Of a DNA stretch of 64,000 nt, positions 47,601 to 56,400 are shown one piece after another. The notes beneath the pieces were generated by a model that had not been told where the DNA came from, did not search any database, and was given only the letters and a program-made list of their open reading frames with translations. Positions within the stretch are counted from its first letter, which is position 1, and each line of letters starts with the position of its first letter. Source of the stretch: Lingula anatina. Its lineage: Eukaryota > Animalia > Brachiopoda. The stretch is taken from positions 15,748,001 to 15,812,000 of the forward strand of contig CM120645.1 in assembly GCA_051362555.1 (NCBI GenBank), in the 5' to 3' direction. Made by a program: the position numbers and the translations under genes.

Positions 47601-50593
47601 CTCTTCAAGATGTCTTTTCAGACTTTATGCAGATACTTTTGTAATGGCATATGGGATATTTTGTATATGTTCTGAGTTTGAAAGATTAAGTCATTTGATA
47701 ATTGGCTCATTCCTGTGGTCACTCAGCTTTTTGTCAAGCATAATATATCCCTACTTTTGTATGTCATAACATTACCAATATATCACACATAATTTAACAT
47801 AAATCTTTACTCTTGACAGCACACACCACACATGTATTATTTATATTATGTGAACAGAGCAATGATTATAACCTCCATAGTTGAAGAGTATCAATTATAC
47901 GCTTGATTTGTTATGATGAGGGCACATTTGATATCCTTTCCTCTTCATAACACATAAACGTAAATCTGTTGAATTCTTTCAACAGGGCAATCTTTACAAC
48001 CTCCACTGCTGAAGAGCACCAACCTGGTCCCATAGCGTCCACCAGAGCGCCAATAGCGCGGCCATCATTCCAGTCACTGGTAAAATTACTGATTGGCAAA
48101 TCTGGAACTTTTCCTTGAATCCAGCCGAGCAAACGCTGTTTGGGTGTTGGGCCTGAATATAGCACAAAAGTTTTGTTTAAAACCATGTGGTAACAGCTTC
48201 AGTGACATATTAATATATGTGATGGGGCTAAATTTTCAAAGGTTTGTAATTGCTCCTGTGCTGTGTCATACTTTTCAAGTAAATCTCAAATGAAAATTTC
48301 AACTTTTAAGCATATATCTTTACAAGCAAGTTACAAACCTTTAAAACACAACCCCTGTATATATATATATTATAGGTGTACATGTGTCAACAACACAAAA
48401 GAGACAGTGTGCAAAGTGCAGAAAATATTTCAAGGACAGTGAACACGTCATACCGAAAGATAAGTGGGTAACACAATAACAGCTAAACATTAGTAGAAAT
48501 ATAAAGAATAAGCTTAACAATTCAAAAGTCATAAACTTAAAGTGGAAATAGTGATAAGATAAAAGGAAATTTATAAAATAAGATTTTTAGAGATCAGGAG
48601 AAAACTACATGCTAAGTTTAAGAATACTCTAAGAACTCCGCTTGACTATTGTAGCTGAATGCACCAAACACAACTAAATTAGCCAATCTTCAGAAACCAA
48701 ATGAAAAGCAAATTGAAAATGAAAGTGCCTAGCAAATTATGCTTGCAACATGACCTGTGAGTTAACTTTCTTGTCATACAATCAATCATGCCAATACCAA
48801 TATATCAATTGCAAGCAAATCTGCTACATCTAGTCTCTATTACTTAGTCTACATTTTATAATGCTGTACACGAGAAGCTTAATAATGCATGCTATTTACT
48901 ATAGCTACTTGGCTAGATACATTATTTCTTAATTTGTTTGTAATATTTTAATATTAAAATTATTAATTAAAATAGTAATTAGAGATATACCAAAACTGAG
49001 AAAATTAAAGAAAAATGAATTCAGTTATGTTAAATTCATGAATTTTAGATGTGAGAAAAGGAAGGTGCTACAAGGTGAAAAACAGGATCACACTTAAAGA
49101 TTAACTGTTAGTTTCTTTCAAGAAAAAGATGAATATTAAAGTGGATTACCACTTCCATTCATTAGTATAAATAATAAATTTTAAAAAGTTTGTAATTTTT
49201 TTAGGTTTCATTTTTTTGAAAAAGTACTTTTCACAACAGCAATTGTAGATAACTGAGTAAAACACTGTTAAAAGCAAAATACATAGGGAAATATTATTGA
49301 CGTGACATCAGTGCACTATCATTTTTAAGTTCTATGCAGCAGTAACACACTATCATTTCTAAGAAGCATAAAACCAAACTACATCATACAATTTAGAAAT
49401 AATTCCATTGTGCTTATGTAAGTTTATTAAATATATAATATTTACATAGGTACTATTGCCTCTGTTTAGCAGACTCTTACCTCCTCCTCCGTCCTTTTCT
49501 ACATGCATGGGAGAAAACAAATTGATACAAGCGGGTTAAAACAAATGCAGCATGAACTTTGGGAAAACAAAAGTGTCCACTGAGCTCACTCTGATATTAT
49601 TATTATCTTTTTTTACAATTTAGCCATTTACTTTGAAAGCTACAGTCGTAACTAGTTTCAGATGTACCAAGTGACTAAAAAGATGCTGTTTTTATCCAAG
49701 ATATTTTTTTCAGAGAGTGGGATGGGGCAAAATTTGTCAATTATCAGCTAACAAGAGAAAACTAACAAGAAAAAATCAACATCATTCATAAAAAATAAAA
49801 TCAACCATCATTACCAAACACTAAATACAGTCTGCATTCAGGACAATAATTTCCCCAATTACTCAAAAGAATGCAATGAATTTCAACACATGCCTGTCTG
49901 CAACTGAAATGCCAATCAACAATGAACCATTTCACAGAAAATTCAAGTCAAATCTCATGTCAGTATATAAGCAACTTGACATGCATTTTGAGGTTAAGGA
50001 TTCAATCAACATCTTAACAGCAGCTACTTAACTCGGCAAACACTTTACAGTTCCCTTTAAGCTTTAATAAGCCATTCAAACAAGTTAACAAGGATGTGGC
50101 CTTAATAATCAATATACTATTCATTTCCTTCTTCACTTAAGTGTCTTATATTACAACAAGAGTATATTTGAAACTGTCTCATAATCAATTTAGAAAAAAA
50201 AAAAAACAGTGAAGCATAACAAATAACAAAATCACAATTTCTCTGGTATCCTCTGCACAAACAATAAAGTTAATTCCCTCCATAAAATCATTTTAGATAA
50301 TTAAACTGTTCCAATCATAAATTGGGATCCTTGTATTCCATGCTTCCCCTTTTTTGAACCTATCTCAATGATGATAAAAATGAAATGGTAAATAAAAACA
50401 ATGTGATATATGACTTATATATATATATGACGTCTCTTCAGACTGGGGCACTCACCTTCCTTTCCTCTCTTCTTTCGATCCTCATCTGGCTCGTCGCCCT
50501 CCCACATGGGCATGGAGATAGAGTAGTGGAGAATGAGGGTCCATATCAAACCCAGGATCAGCTTCAGCTTCTTGTCCACAATATCTGTACTGT
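2144..50593 (-). CDS. FLNA: Filamin (FLNA/cheerio-like), partial multi-exon gene span: CH1 end, CH2, Ig repeats through start of repeat-17 equivalent
   Basis: About 28 exons with GT-AG boundaries and consistent phases. Peptides include [21 protein letters not shown] (CH1), [28 protein letters not shown] (CH2) and repeated filamin motifs (AYGPGL, D.GDGT..V.Y.P...G.Y, IP.SPF). 5' and 3' ends lie outside the window; the symbol denotes the filamin family, not strict orthology to one vertebrate paralogue. Confidence 0.97.
6288..6420 (-). CDS. FLNA: Candidate alternative first coding exon [44 protein letters not shown]
   Basis: aaaATG start, 44 open codons plus G, ending CAG|gtatag; phase 1, in frame with the GSPFKFHVD exon. 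Confidence 0.55.
8008..8230. mobile_element. PIF/Harbinger (Tourist)-like MITE, about 223 bp
   Basis: 35-bp inverted repeats CCCCCTTTACACTGGACGGCGTCCTTTCTGCGTCC at 8010-8044 and 8194-8228; TTA on both flanks. Confidence 0.85.
10297..10437 (-). CDS. FLNA: Repeat-16 exon, mutually exclusive copy B ([47 protein letters not shown])
   Basis: atttag| ... |gtagat, 141 nt, phase 1-1; paralogous to copy A, separated by a 56-nt intron. Confidence 0.93.
10494..10634 (-). CDS. FLNA: Repeat-16 exon, mutually exclusive copy A ([47 protein letters not shown])
   Basis: tttccag| ... |gtaaat, 141 nt, phase 1-1. Confidence 0.93.
12213..12382. mobile_element. Small MITE (170 bp) with CAGGGGCGGAT-type TIRs
   Basis: CAGGGGCGGAT ... 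ATCCGCCCTTG (1 mismatch); 5-bp ATAAT direct repeat on both flanks; internal GAAGACGGTCA repeats. Confidence 0.75.
12567..12666 (-). CDS. FLNA: Filamin exon: hinge 1 and start of repeat 16 ([33 protein letters not shown])
   Basis: attttag| ... |gtgaga, 100 nt, phase 0-1; bridges the phase between repeat 15 and the repeat-16 exons. Confidence 0.9.
14123..14198. repeat. (AT)n microsatellite
   Basis: Visible dinucleotide run. Confidence 0.95.
15130..15153 (-). CDS. FLNA: 24-nt hinge-1 microexon AVETEEEL
   Basis: attttag|GCTGTTGAAACTGAAGAAGAATTG|gtaaga, phase 0-0; joins FTQR to ITADTVD. Confidence 0.8.
15377..15388 (-). CDS. FLNA: Candidate alternative first coding exon MKLQ
   Basis: ATGAAATTACAG|gtgagt (near-consensus donor), phase 0, 223-nt intron to the 15130-15153 exon. 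Confidence 0.4.
15447..15552. repeat. Compound (CT)n/(CA)n microsatellite
   Basis: Visible runs. Confidence 0.9.
17553..17567 (-). CDS. FLNA: Candidate alternative first coding exon MPGVW
   Basis: ATGCCAGGAGTATGG|gtaaga, phase 0; TATAAAT on the minus strand at 17649-17655 upstream. Confidence 0.4.
20587..20678. repeat. (GA)n microsatellite
   Basis: Visible dinucleotide run. Confidence 0.95.
20686..20709 (-). CDS. FLNA: Candidate alternative first coding exon MLCKSKYR
   Basis: ATG...TACAGG|gtaagt, phase 0; followed by a (CT)n tract. Confidence 0.4.
21369..21440 (-). CDS. FLNA: Candidate alternative first coding exon [24 protein letters not shown] (or a 39-nt cassette [13 protein letters not shown], 21369-21407)
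   Basis: ATG-initiated 24-codon frame ending AAG|gtgagt, phase 0, matching the downstream hinge exons. Confidence 0.5.
21617..21861 (-). CDS. FLNA: Filamin exon: repeat 15 ([17 protein letters not shown]...[12 protein letters not shown])
   Basis: ccacag| ... |gtaagt, 245 nt, phase 1-0. Confidence 0.95.
22072..22127. repeat. (ATT)n microsatellite
   Basis: Visible trinucleotide run. Confidence 0.95.
22208..22397 (-). CDS. FLNA: Filamin exon: repeat 14/15 ([19 protein letters not shown]...GDATKCVIS)
   Basis: tcacag| ... |gtgtgt, 190 nt, phase 0-1. Confidence 0.95.
22735..22888 (-). CDS. FLNA: Filamin exon: repeat 13/14 ([52 protein letters not shown])
   Basis: tttcag| ... |gtgggt, 154 nt, phase 2-0. 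Confidence 0.94.
23189..23312 (-). CDS. FLNA: Filamin exon: repeat 13 ([41 protein letters not shown])
   Basis: tttcag| ... |gtataa, 124 nt, phase 1-2. Confidence 0.94.
23827..23991 (-). CDS. FLNA: Filamin exon: repeat 12/13 ([25 protein letters not shown]...YTDKT)
   Basis: ctccag| ... |gtaaaa, 165 nt, phase 1-1. Confidence 0.95.
24393..24605 (-). CDS. FLNA: Filamin exon: repeat-12-like ([39 protein letters not shown]...QDIP)
   Basis: gtccag| ... |gtatgg, 213 nt, phase 1-1. Confidence 0.96.
25044..25154 (-). CDS. FLNA: Filamin exon: repeat 11/12 ([37 protein letters not shown])
   Basis: ctccag| ... |gttagt, 111 nt, phase 1-1. Confidence 0.95.
25464..25637 (-). CDS. FLNA: Filamin exon: repeat-11-like ([16 protein letters not shown]...YTPYEK)
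   Basis: tttcag| ... |gtaggt, 174 nt, phase 1-1. Confidence 0.95.
26735..27005. repeat. Degenerate ~22-bp tandem repeat
   Basis: Recurring ATGTCATCA.T.TATGC core just downstream (gene sense) of the 27025 donor. Confidence 0.65.
27025..27681 (-). CDS. FLNA: Filamin long exon: repeat-8-like domain, Pro/Glu linker, repeat-9-like domain, start of repeat-11-like domain
   Basis: ctctttag| ... |gtaacc, 657 nt, phase 1-1; lies within ORF 26969..27739. Confidence 0.96.
28280..28504 (-). CDS. FLNA: Filamin exon: repeat 6 C-part and start of repeat-8-like domain
   Basis: cctatag| ... |gtaagt, 225 nt, phase 1-1; [12 protein letters not shown]...[26 protein letters not shown]. Confidence 0.95.
28901..29021 (-). 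CDS. FLNA: Filamin exon: repeat 6 N-part ([40 protein letters not shown])
   Basis: cttcag| ... |gtaaag, 121 nt, phase 0-1. Confidence 0.95.
29240..29497 (-). CDS. FLNA: Filamin exon: repeat 5 ([24 protein letters not shown]...IPNSPYR)
   Basis: cttcag| ... |gtaaga, 258 nt, phase 0-0. Confidence 0.95.
29851..30120. repeat. 30-bp minisatellite, about 9 degenerate copies
   Basis: Consensus approximately CATTGGAGGCAATGGTATAGAGAACTATGT with a strict 30-nt period, abutting the donor at 30123. Confidence 0.85.
30124..30317 (-). CDS. FLNA: Filamin exon: repeat 4 ([65 protein letters not shown])
   Basis: gtccag| ... |gtaagg, 194 nt, phase 1-0. Confidence 0.95.
30666..30786 (-). CDS. FLNA: Filamin exon: repeat 4 ([40 protein letters not shown])
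   Basis: gatcag| ... |gtaata, 121 nt, phase 0-1. Confidence 0.95.
31078..31214 (-). CDS. FLNA: Filamin exon: repeat 3 ([27 protein letters not shown]...SKSPFK)
   Basis: tttcag| ... |gtatgg, 137 nt, phase 1-0. Confidence 0.95.
31328..31517. mobile_element. Degenerate MITE-like element
   Basis: Imperfect inverted termini CCCCAGTTTCACATAAAAA / TTTTTGTGAAACCTGGG; boundaries approximate, TSD not resolved. Confidence 0.45.
31633..31770 (-). CDS. FLNA: Filamin exon: repeat 3 ([45 protein letters not shown])
   Basis: ttccag| ... |gtaagt, 138 nt, phase 1-1. Confidence 0.95.
33628..33636 (-). CDS. FLNA: Candidate 9-nt microexon in the repeat 2-3 linker (adds PPA)
   Basis: tttttatttctcag|CTCCTCCAG|gtagta; phase 1-1; gives VAPPPPAVEP instead of VAPPVEP. 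Confidence 0.65.
34460..34660 (-). CDS. FLNA: Filamin exon: repeat 2 ([16 protein letters not shown]...[12 protein letters not shown])
   Basis: acttag| ... |gtaagt, 201 nt, phase 1-1. Confidence 0.95.
34904..35066 (-). CDS. FLNA: Filamin exon: repeat 1/2 ([17 protein letters not shown]...FEVFTK)
   Basis: cttcag| ... |gtatct, 163 nt, phase 0-1. Confidence 0.95.
35603..35680 (-). CDS. FLNA: Filamin exon: repeat 1 ([26 protein letters not shown])
   Basis: tttcag| ... |gttagt, 78 nt, phase 0-0. Confidence 0.92.
38015..38133 (-). CDS. FLNA: Filamin exon: repeat 1 ([40 protein letters not shown])
   Basis: caattaag| ... |gtgagt, 119 nt, phase 1-0. Confidence 0.93.
38449..38596 (-). CDS. FLNA: Filamin exon: CH2 end and start of repeat 1 ([49 protein letters not shown])
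   Basis: (tta)n-ttccag| ... |gtgaga, 148 nt, phase 0-1. Confidence 0.95.
38601..38658. repeat. (AAT)n microsatellite abutting a filamin splice acceptor
   Basis: Visible trinucleotide run immediately upstream (gene sense) of the AG at 38597-38598. Confidence 0.95.
39835..39980 (+). pseudogene. Rho-family (RhoA/Rho1-like) GTPase C-terminal pseudogene fragment
   Basis: Q*EPV followed by [38 protein letters not shown] resembles Rho C-terminal QEPV..MA.KI.AF.Y.ECSAKTK.GVREVFE.ATRAAL..KKK; in-frame stop and indels; antisense to filamin. Confidence 0.7.
42854..43521. mobile_element. Non-autonomous DNA transposon (668 bp), 77-bp TIRs, 8-bp TSD (hAT- or P-like)
   Basis: TIRs at 42854-42930 and 43445-43521 (CACCCTGAGCTTCAGAGCTAACTTGACAC..., about 3 mismatches); TSD CTCACATC at 42846-42853 and 43522-43529. 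Confidence 0.93.
47271..47368 (-). CDS. FLNA: Filamin exon: CH2 ([33 protein letters not shown])
   Basis: tttcag| ... |gtgaga, 98 nt, phase 1-0. Confidence 0.95.
48024..48152 (-). CDS. FLNA: Filamin exon: CH2 N-part ([43 protein letters not shown])
   Basis: attcag| ... |gttggt, 129 nt, phase 1-1. Confidence 0.95.
49481..49498 (-). CDS. FLNA: Candidate 18-nt microexon adding EKDGGG to the CH1-CH2 linker
   Basis: ttttctcccatgcatgtag|AAAAGGACGGAGGAGGAG|gtaaga; phase 1-1, frame preserving, purine-rich. Confidence 0.75.
50456..50593 (-). CDS. FLNA: Filamin exon: end of CH1 and CH1-CH2 linker ([46 protein letters not shown])
   Basis: gttgcag| acceptor, |gtgagt donor, 138 nt, phase 1-1; hallmark filamin CH1 sequence. 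Confidence 0.95.
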
Positions 50594-53087
50594 CTGCAAC
50601 ACCAGATACAACATATTAAGTAAGGTGGATGTTTGTGAAAATTTCTACATGATTTTATGTTTGAAGATAAAAAAATATCTTTGAAATTGCACTTGTGTGT
50701 GTGTGTGTGTATGTTTGTGTGTGTGCATGCGGACATGCATGTGTATTCATCTACGTTCAATAGATACAATCAAAAGATATTACAAATAAATATTTTTTAA
50801 AAAATTCAACAAGGGCTGGAATGCTGCAAGATTTTCAAGCAGAAAGTATGTACACTTTTAATTACACTGTAAAAATGCCAACTTCAATTATTGTTGCATT
50901 TTCAATCCCCACATGATAGTATTTAGAAACCCCTTCACTATTTAAAGTATTTATTTTATTGAAAAGAGCCTGTCTGATAGGAAATGATAGCGTATATATT
51001 TCACAATGAAGTCCCATCCTCATAACACGAGAAACCACTCAGCACTCGGGGAATCTTTGTAACACCCAGTTTCTACCTTAACTGAAGTCTAGCTGGGAGA
51101 CATGTCGAAAATCAATTGGTGCTGATACCTAATGAATCATTTTTTATCTACCCCACTGCTTGTCATCAATTCAAATACTAAGCACAATTACTCTTTGGAA
51201 TCAACTTAGATTTCTTCAACTCCCACTTGCAAGGTACTAAATGAAAAGTAGTATTGGATTCACGCCTAACCATTTTTTTTTTTCATGAAAAATGCCACCT
51301 AAGTAAGGATTACATTATCAGTAACCTAGACTACATTTCACGATTCTTTTTTATCCAAAGCATTGGAAGCCAGTTCCTTATCCAGATAGATGGAGAATCT
51401 ACAAGTAAACAAGTTTAATGACTGTTCTACCAGTCAGCTTTGCCATTTAACAACAAAAACACACTATAAATCAGTCACCTCTATCCATTTAGAACTAGCA
51501 CAATATTTAGTATAATACTCCAAAAATAAGTATGCATTTCACCACAAAATCTCAGAATTATCTTAAAGGCAGTAATATAAAATTCAGGTTGAAGAGGGAT
51601 GGCAAGAGGTCCTTCACAAGATATAGTGCAAATAAAACTTAATATGATGACAAAATATTTCACTTTAACCTCAAACAAACGAACACAAAAAAAGTCTGTG
51701 TGCATAAAATATATAGAGGCATAATCAGTATTCATGGGGCGAATGCATCTCAAATAGAACACTTCTCCTATTCTATACTGTATCTACACAGTGTAACAGT
51801 GATATAAAACGGTTTTCATTGCTTCCATCCTGTCTGTGTAGATAGTATTTATAATTCATAAAATTATTGAAGTTTGGTTTAGGATATAATTCAGTTATTG
51901 AACATAAATCTCTTTGTATGAAAAAAAAATGGAAAAATTGTGTATTGTAGTCTTTGCTATTTTGAGATAGATTTAGCTACAGTAAAAATAAAAAGTCATT
52001 TTTTTTCACTAAAATTTTCAATCAAACATAATTTGCATTAGTTTGAGAACAGTGTCTTTTTCTACCACAAGAGGTCACTCCATATGCCAAGGTGAAATCA
52101 ACTGGCACAGAAAAAAATAAATATAGGTTGATAAACAGACAGAGTGAATAAATCTAAGATACTGCATTCATAACTGTACAAAGGTGAAAGGGTTGCAAGG
52201 GGGCGAACTCATTGATGATGCTGTGCTTATCAGAATACTTTAAATATTTGTGATTTATCTAAACAAATTCTCTTTACAAACTAAATTCAAGGCAAGAAGA
52301 GTGCAGATAACACTGTGACACTCCGACTTTTTATTTAATTTTCTGAAGTATGCCTGACCTTGGAAGAAAACAACCAGGTTGAAACACTAACACATGCCCA
52401 GGATAGTATACACATAATGTAGCTTGGCAAGTGATGCCATGTCTTCAACCAAAGATGAAGGGGCTTGTTTTCTATGTTTTTTTTTTCTTAACATTCCCAG
52501 GAGGAGAAAGTAAGGATAATATGCAATCTGTCAACATCCTTTACTCCAGCCAATATTTTCAATTCAGATGTTTTTCATAATGATTCCCAAGTAATAATTT
52601 CTATCCATGAAATAAAAAACAAATGATATGATAGTCATTTGGTGGTTTGTAAGAAAGAGGGGGGAGGGGAAAAGTTAAGTTTTCTACTTCACAAAGTTAA
52701 TTTCTTTTAGTTTTTTATTTCTTGTTTTTATTTTATTTATTTATTTTTTTTTGCTTACTACAATTCAACAGTCAGAAAGGTTTCATTTACAATTACAATT
52801 CAACAAATTTTACATATGGTATTATTGAACCCAGGTCAGGTTAACAACTGCTTTTTAACCACCCTGCCTTTGCCAATACCACAGCCTACACATAAACAGA
52901 TCCACACTGACCATTCATTTAGTGGTCAGTACGGGGTCAGTCAGCATGGCATTGCGGTCAGTATGACATATTGGTCAGTGTGCACTGTCCAGGAGTGAGT
53001 CTGACCCAGTGACCTTTCCTGTGGCTGCATTATAGCCATGTATGCTGCAGACACACGTGTGGTGTTTACATAGTACACAGGTGACTG

Positions 53088-53460
53088 GTTTTGGTAATGA
53101 GATTAGGATCAATGAGTTAATAGCTGGGGGATGTCTGGAGTGCTGCCCTCTATGGCCAGAAAAGACAAGATAGGCCCCTAGAAGTTGTAACGGTAAAGAT
53201 ATGCTAAAACTTCAATCAGATTCACTTCTTAACAAAGTTTTACTTATTTCAGCAGAACAAAATTCTAATTTAGTTTTGGTAATGAGATTAGGATCAATGA
53301 GTTAATAGCTGGGGGATGTCTGGAGTGCTGCCCTCTATGGCCAGAAAAGACAAGATAGGCCCCTAGAAGTTGTAACGGTAAAGATATGCTAAAACTTCAA
53401 TCAGATTCACTTCTTAACAAAGTTTTACTTATTTCAGCAGAACAAAATTCTAATTTAGTT
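53088..53460. repeat. Perfect 185-bp tandem duplication
   Basis: 53088-53272 matches 53273-53457 by eye; GTT microhomology at the junction. Confidence 0.92.
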
Positions 53461-56400
53461 CAATAAATGTCTAAAATTTCTTTAAAATCTTTGGATTATT
53501 AAAATCATTATTATCATCAATTTTCACAGCTTGGTCAACCTTGGATGCCAATATTCTACCTTTCACACATATACTATGGGACATACTAACAAAGATCCAT
53601 TCAAATCCAGTCATTCACAAACACTAGCTGTCAGTAGCACTCCTGAGGCATATCACATTCATGTTCAAGGGGGAACTCATATATCCAATAAAGCGTTTAT
53701 CTAACTTACTCCAATTTTATCATACACATATGATACATTACATATTAACATAGTCATTAAACCAACACCCGACGACAAAACTGATATCATCACTTCCTGA
53801 CAGCCTCTAACAATGTATCACAGCCATATCTCAATCATTATCTCATTTCAGCTAATGTCACTTAAAAGAGAAATCTTGACACAGAAGGGTCAAGCCATTT
53901 TAGAACAGCAACATTATCTACTGCAGTCAAACTTTACTACAACTAAAAACCACCACCCTGATAATAATCATCCTACATTGTTTCAAGGCCTTGTATCTGT
54001 TCACAGTACTGTTATATCAAGCTGAAGAGCAGCTAAGTAGGCTAATTATTAACCCCTTGATGGGAGTGGGCTCCTTGTAGTAAGCTGGGTTATCTGTAGG
54101 ACAGCAAGTGTCATGTCGTGGCATTCCAGTGTTATCTGGTAGTCTACACGCAGGCTGTGTGCGTGTGCGGAGATGATATGATGCAACGGGGATTGTTTGG
54201 CTGATTTTAAATCATGCACTGTGCTATGGTGCTATGGGGATCAATGTAGAGTTTATTTATTTATTTATTTATTTATTTTTGTTAGCTTGTTTGTTTGTTT
54301 ATTTTTTGTTTGTTAATTAATTTATTAATTCACCTATTCATTTATTTATCTATATATTTTCTTGTTTTGTTTTTTTTTTTTCAAATTAAATTATTTTTTA
54401 TGTAAACAAATACTCATTCTTCCTCACAGGTCACTGCGACCTAGTAGCTTCAAGTTACACAACACCATCACAGCACAGTTATATTCCAAGATCATGCAAG
54501 CCACAATGCAGTTATAGCACAGTGGAGATATTATATCACGGTGGATCAGGGAAATAACTGTGCTTTATGCACGACACAGGAGAAGGAAAGATGTCACAAA
54601 ATAAACATGCTGTTTTTAATAACATACCATCCACAACCACACAGTGACTTCCAGCCATATAATCTTAATATTCAATCCTATAAAATAACATCATTTTTGC
54701 ACCTGTTTGGGTCAACATAACACATGAATGATCAATATCACAGAAAATCACTTCCCACAAACTCGTCTTATCTCAATCTTGAGACTTCCTGACCAACAAC
54801 TGTTTCCTCACCACCACCATCACACCAGGGATTATCACACCTCTACAAACACACGTGCACCTTGATCACCATGTATGGCAGTATTAATGACTTATCAACA
54901 TAAGCAGACTCTTTTCCTTCCTACACCTGATACACAGTTTTGGTTCAACCCACTTCCTCAATGCTGACACAACCTTTATTAACATTCCAGACAAGTGTGT
55001 TATGTCATATGTTGAGATAAGCTCTCTCTTGGAGTGTTTTCATCTCAGCCAGATAGACATATATTTCTGCTTTCTCTACCACTGGTAGCTTATTTTATCA
55101 GCCAGACAGGTATATAATTGTATATACTAGTATTGCTTCTTCTCAAATGCTGGCAACATCCTCACTCTTACTCATGCATGCGTTCTCAGAATACTCATAA
55201 AACAGCAGTCCTGTTCCTTAACCAAATTGTTTTGGGACCATTTCCAGAAGGCAGATATATATATTCTGAATGCATTTAAATACCCACGTTTTTAAGAGTT
55301 CTAATTTGCCACACCAAAAAAATTGACTAATTTATTAATGCATCTGTCATTTATTTACAGAACAATACAACCAAATGATGACCTTACTATACATAATTTT
55401 TCCGAAATTGGAAAGTAAGGCCTGTTCACACCAGAACTAATATGCACCTAACATAGCCTAAGACCAATAGCTGGCATCAAATGACATAAAGCCACCATCA
55501 AACCATAAGCAATAGTAATCTTCCATATGCACTACTCAGTTTAACTTTTATCCCATCTAAGCTAGTCCTGATGTAAACACACCCAAAGTCTGCACCCAGC
55601 ACCTGTTTTTTCCTAGGAACTTGATTATGAAACCCTATTAGCATTCCAAACATTGATCTTCAGTCATGGCTAAGTATACCCCAAGGCTCCCAGTGGCTAC
55701 ACTCCATCCAGATAGATTAACATCAAAAAGGATTTTAGGTACTAGAATTACCTGAGGTGTTACCTGTGAGCACCTATTTTGTTCCTGATGTAACTACGGA
55801 CTGGGCCCACCTGTGCTGGTCTGTTCAGGTAATCTACAGGTAACATGTGTTCTATTATCAAGTAATGAATTTTGTCCAGAGGCATTGGGTTGTACTCTGG
55901 TAAAGTATTCAGAATGAAAGAGAGAGAGTGTGAGTTAGTGTGTGGGTGCGTGCATGTGTGCATGCATGTGTGTGTGCCTAAGCTATGTGAGGACAGAAAG
56001 AGCACAACAGTAATATTAAATTTATCTGAGTCCTGATACGATTCTGCTTACATATGGATCAAAGGATTATAACCAATTTGACCCCTCACCATTTTACTAA
56101 ATTCAATACAGGGTGTGTAGGAATTATGTTCACTACTTTTAAGATACCCCAGCAATACTAAGTAATATAGAAAAAAACACATGCTGCTCAATTTCTCAAA
56201 GTGGAAAGGAAACTCCAATATTTTTTTCAGGTCTGTAGCAATTCTTCAGACTTCAGGTGTTCAAAGTTCAGGTGTGAGCCAAAGTTTAAAATCTTCCACA
56301 CATGTCAGCGTGGGAGGGACCAGGCAGGTAGAAACCCCATTAAAACTAAGTCTTATTTAACAGTACAGGTAACAACCACCAACCAAATCAAGCAGTTAGC

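Noticed and set aside
55760-56005. ATG frame ending at CAG|gtaaca as a possible first exon
   Set aside because: Phase 2, incompatible with the phase-1 acceptor at 50593
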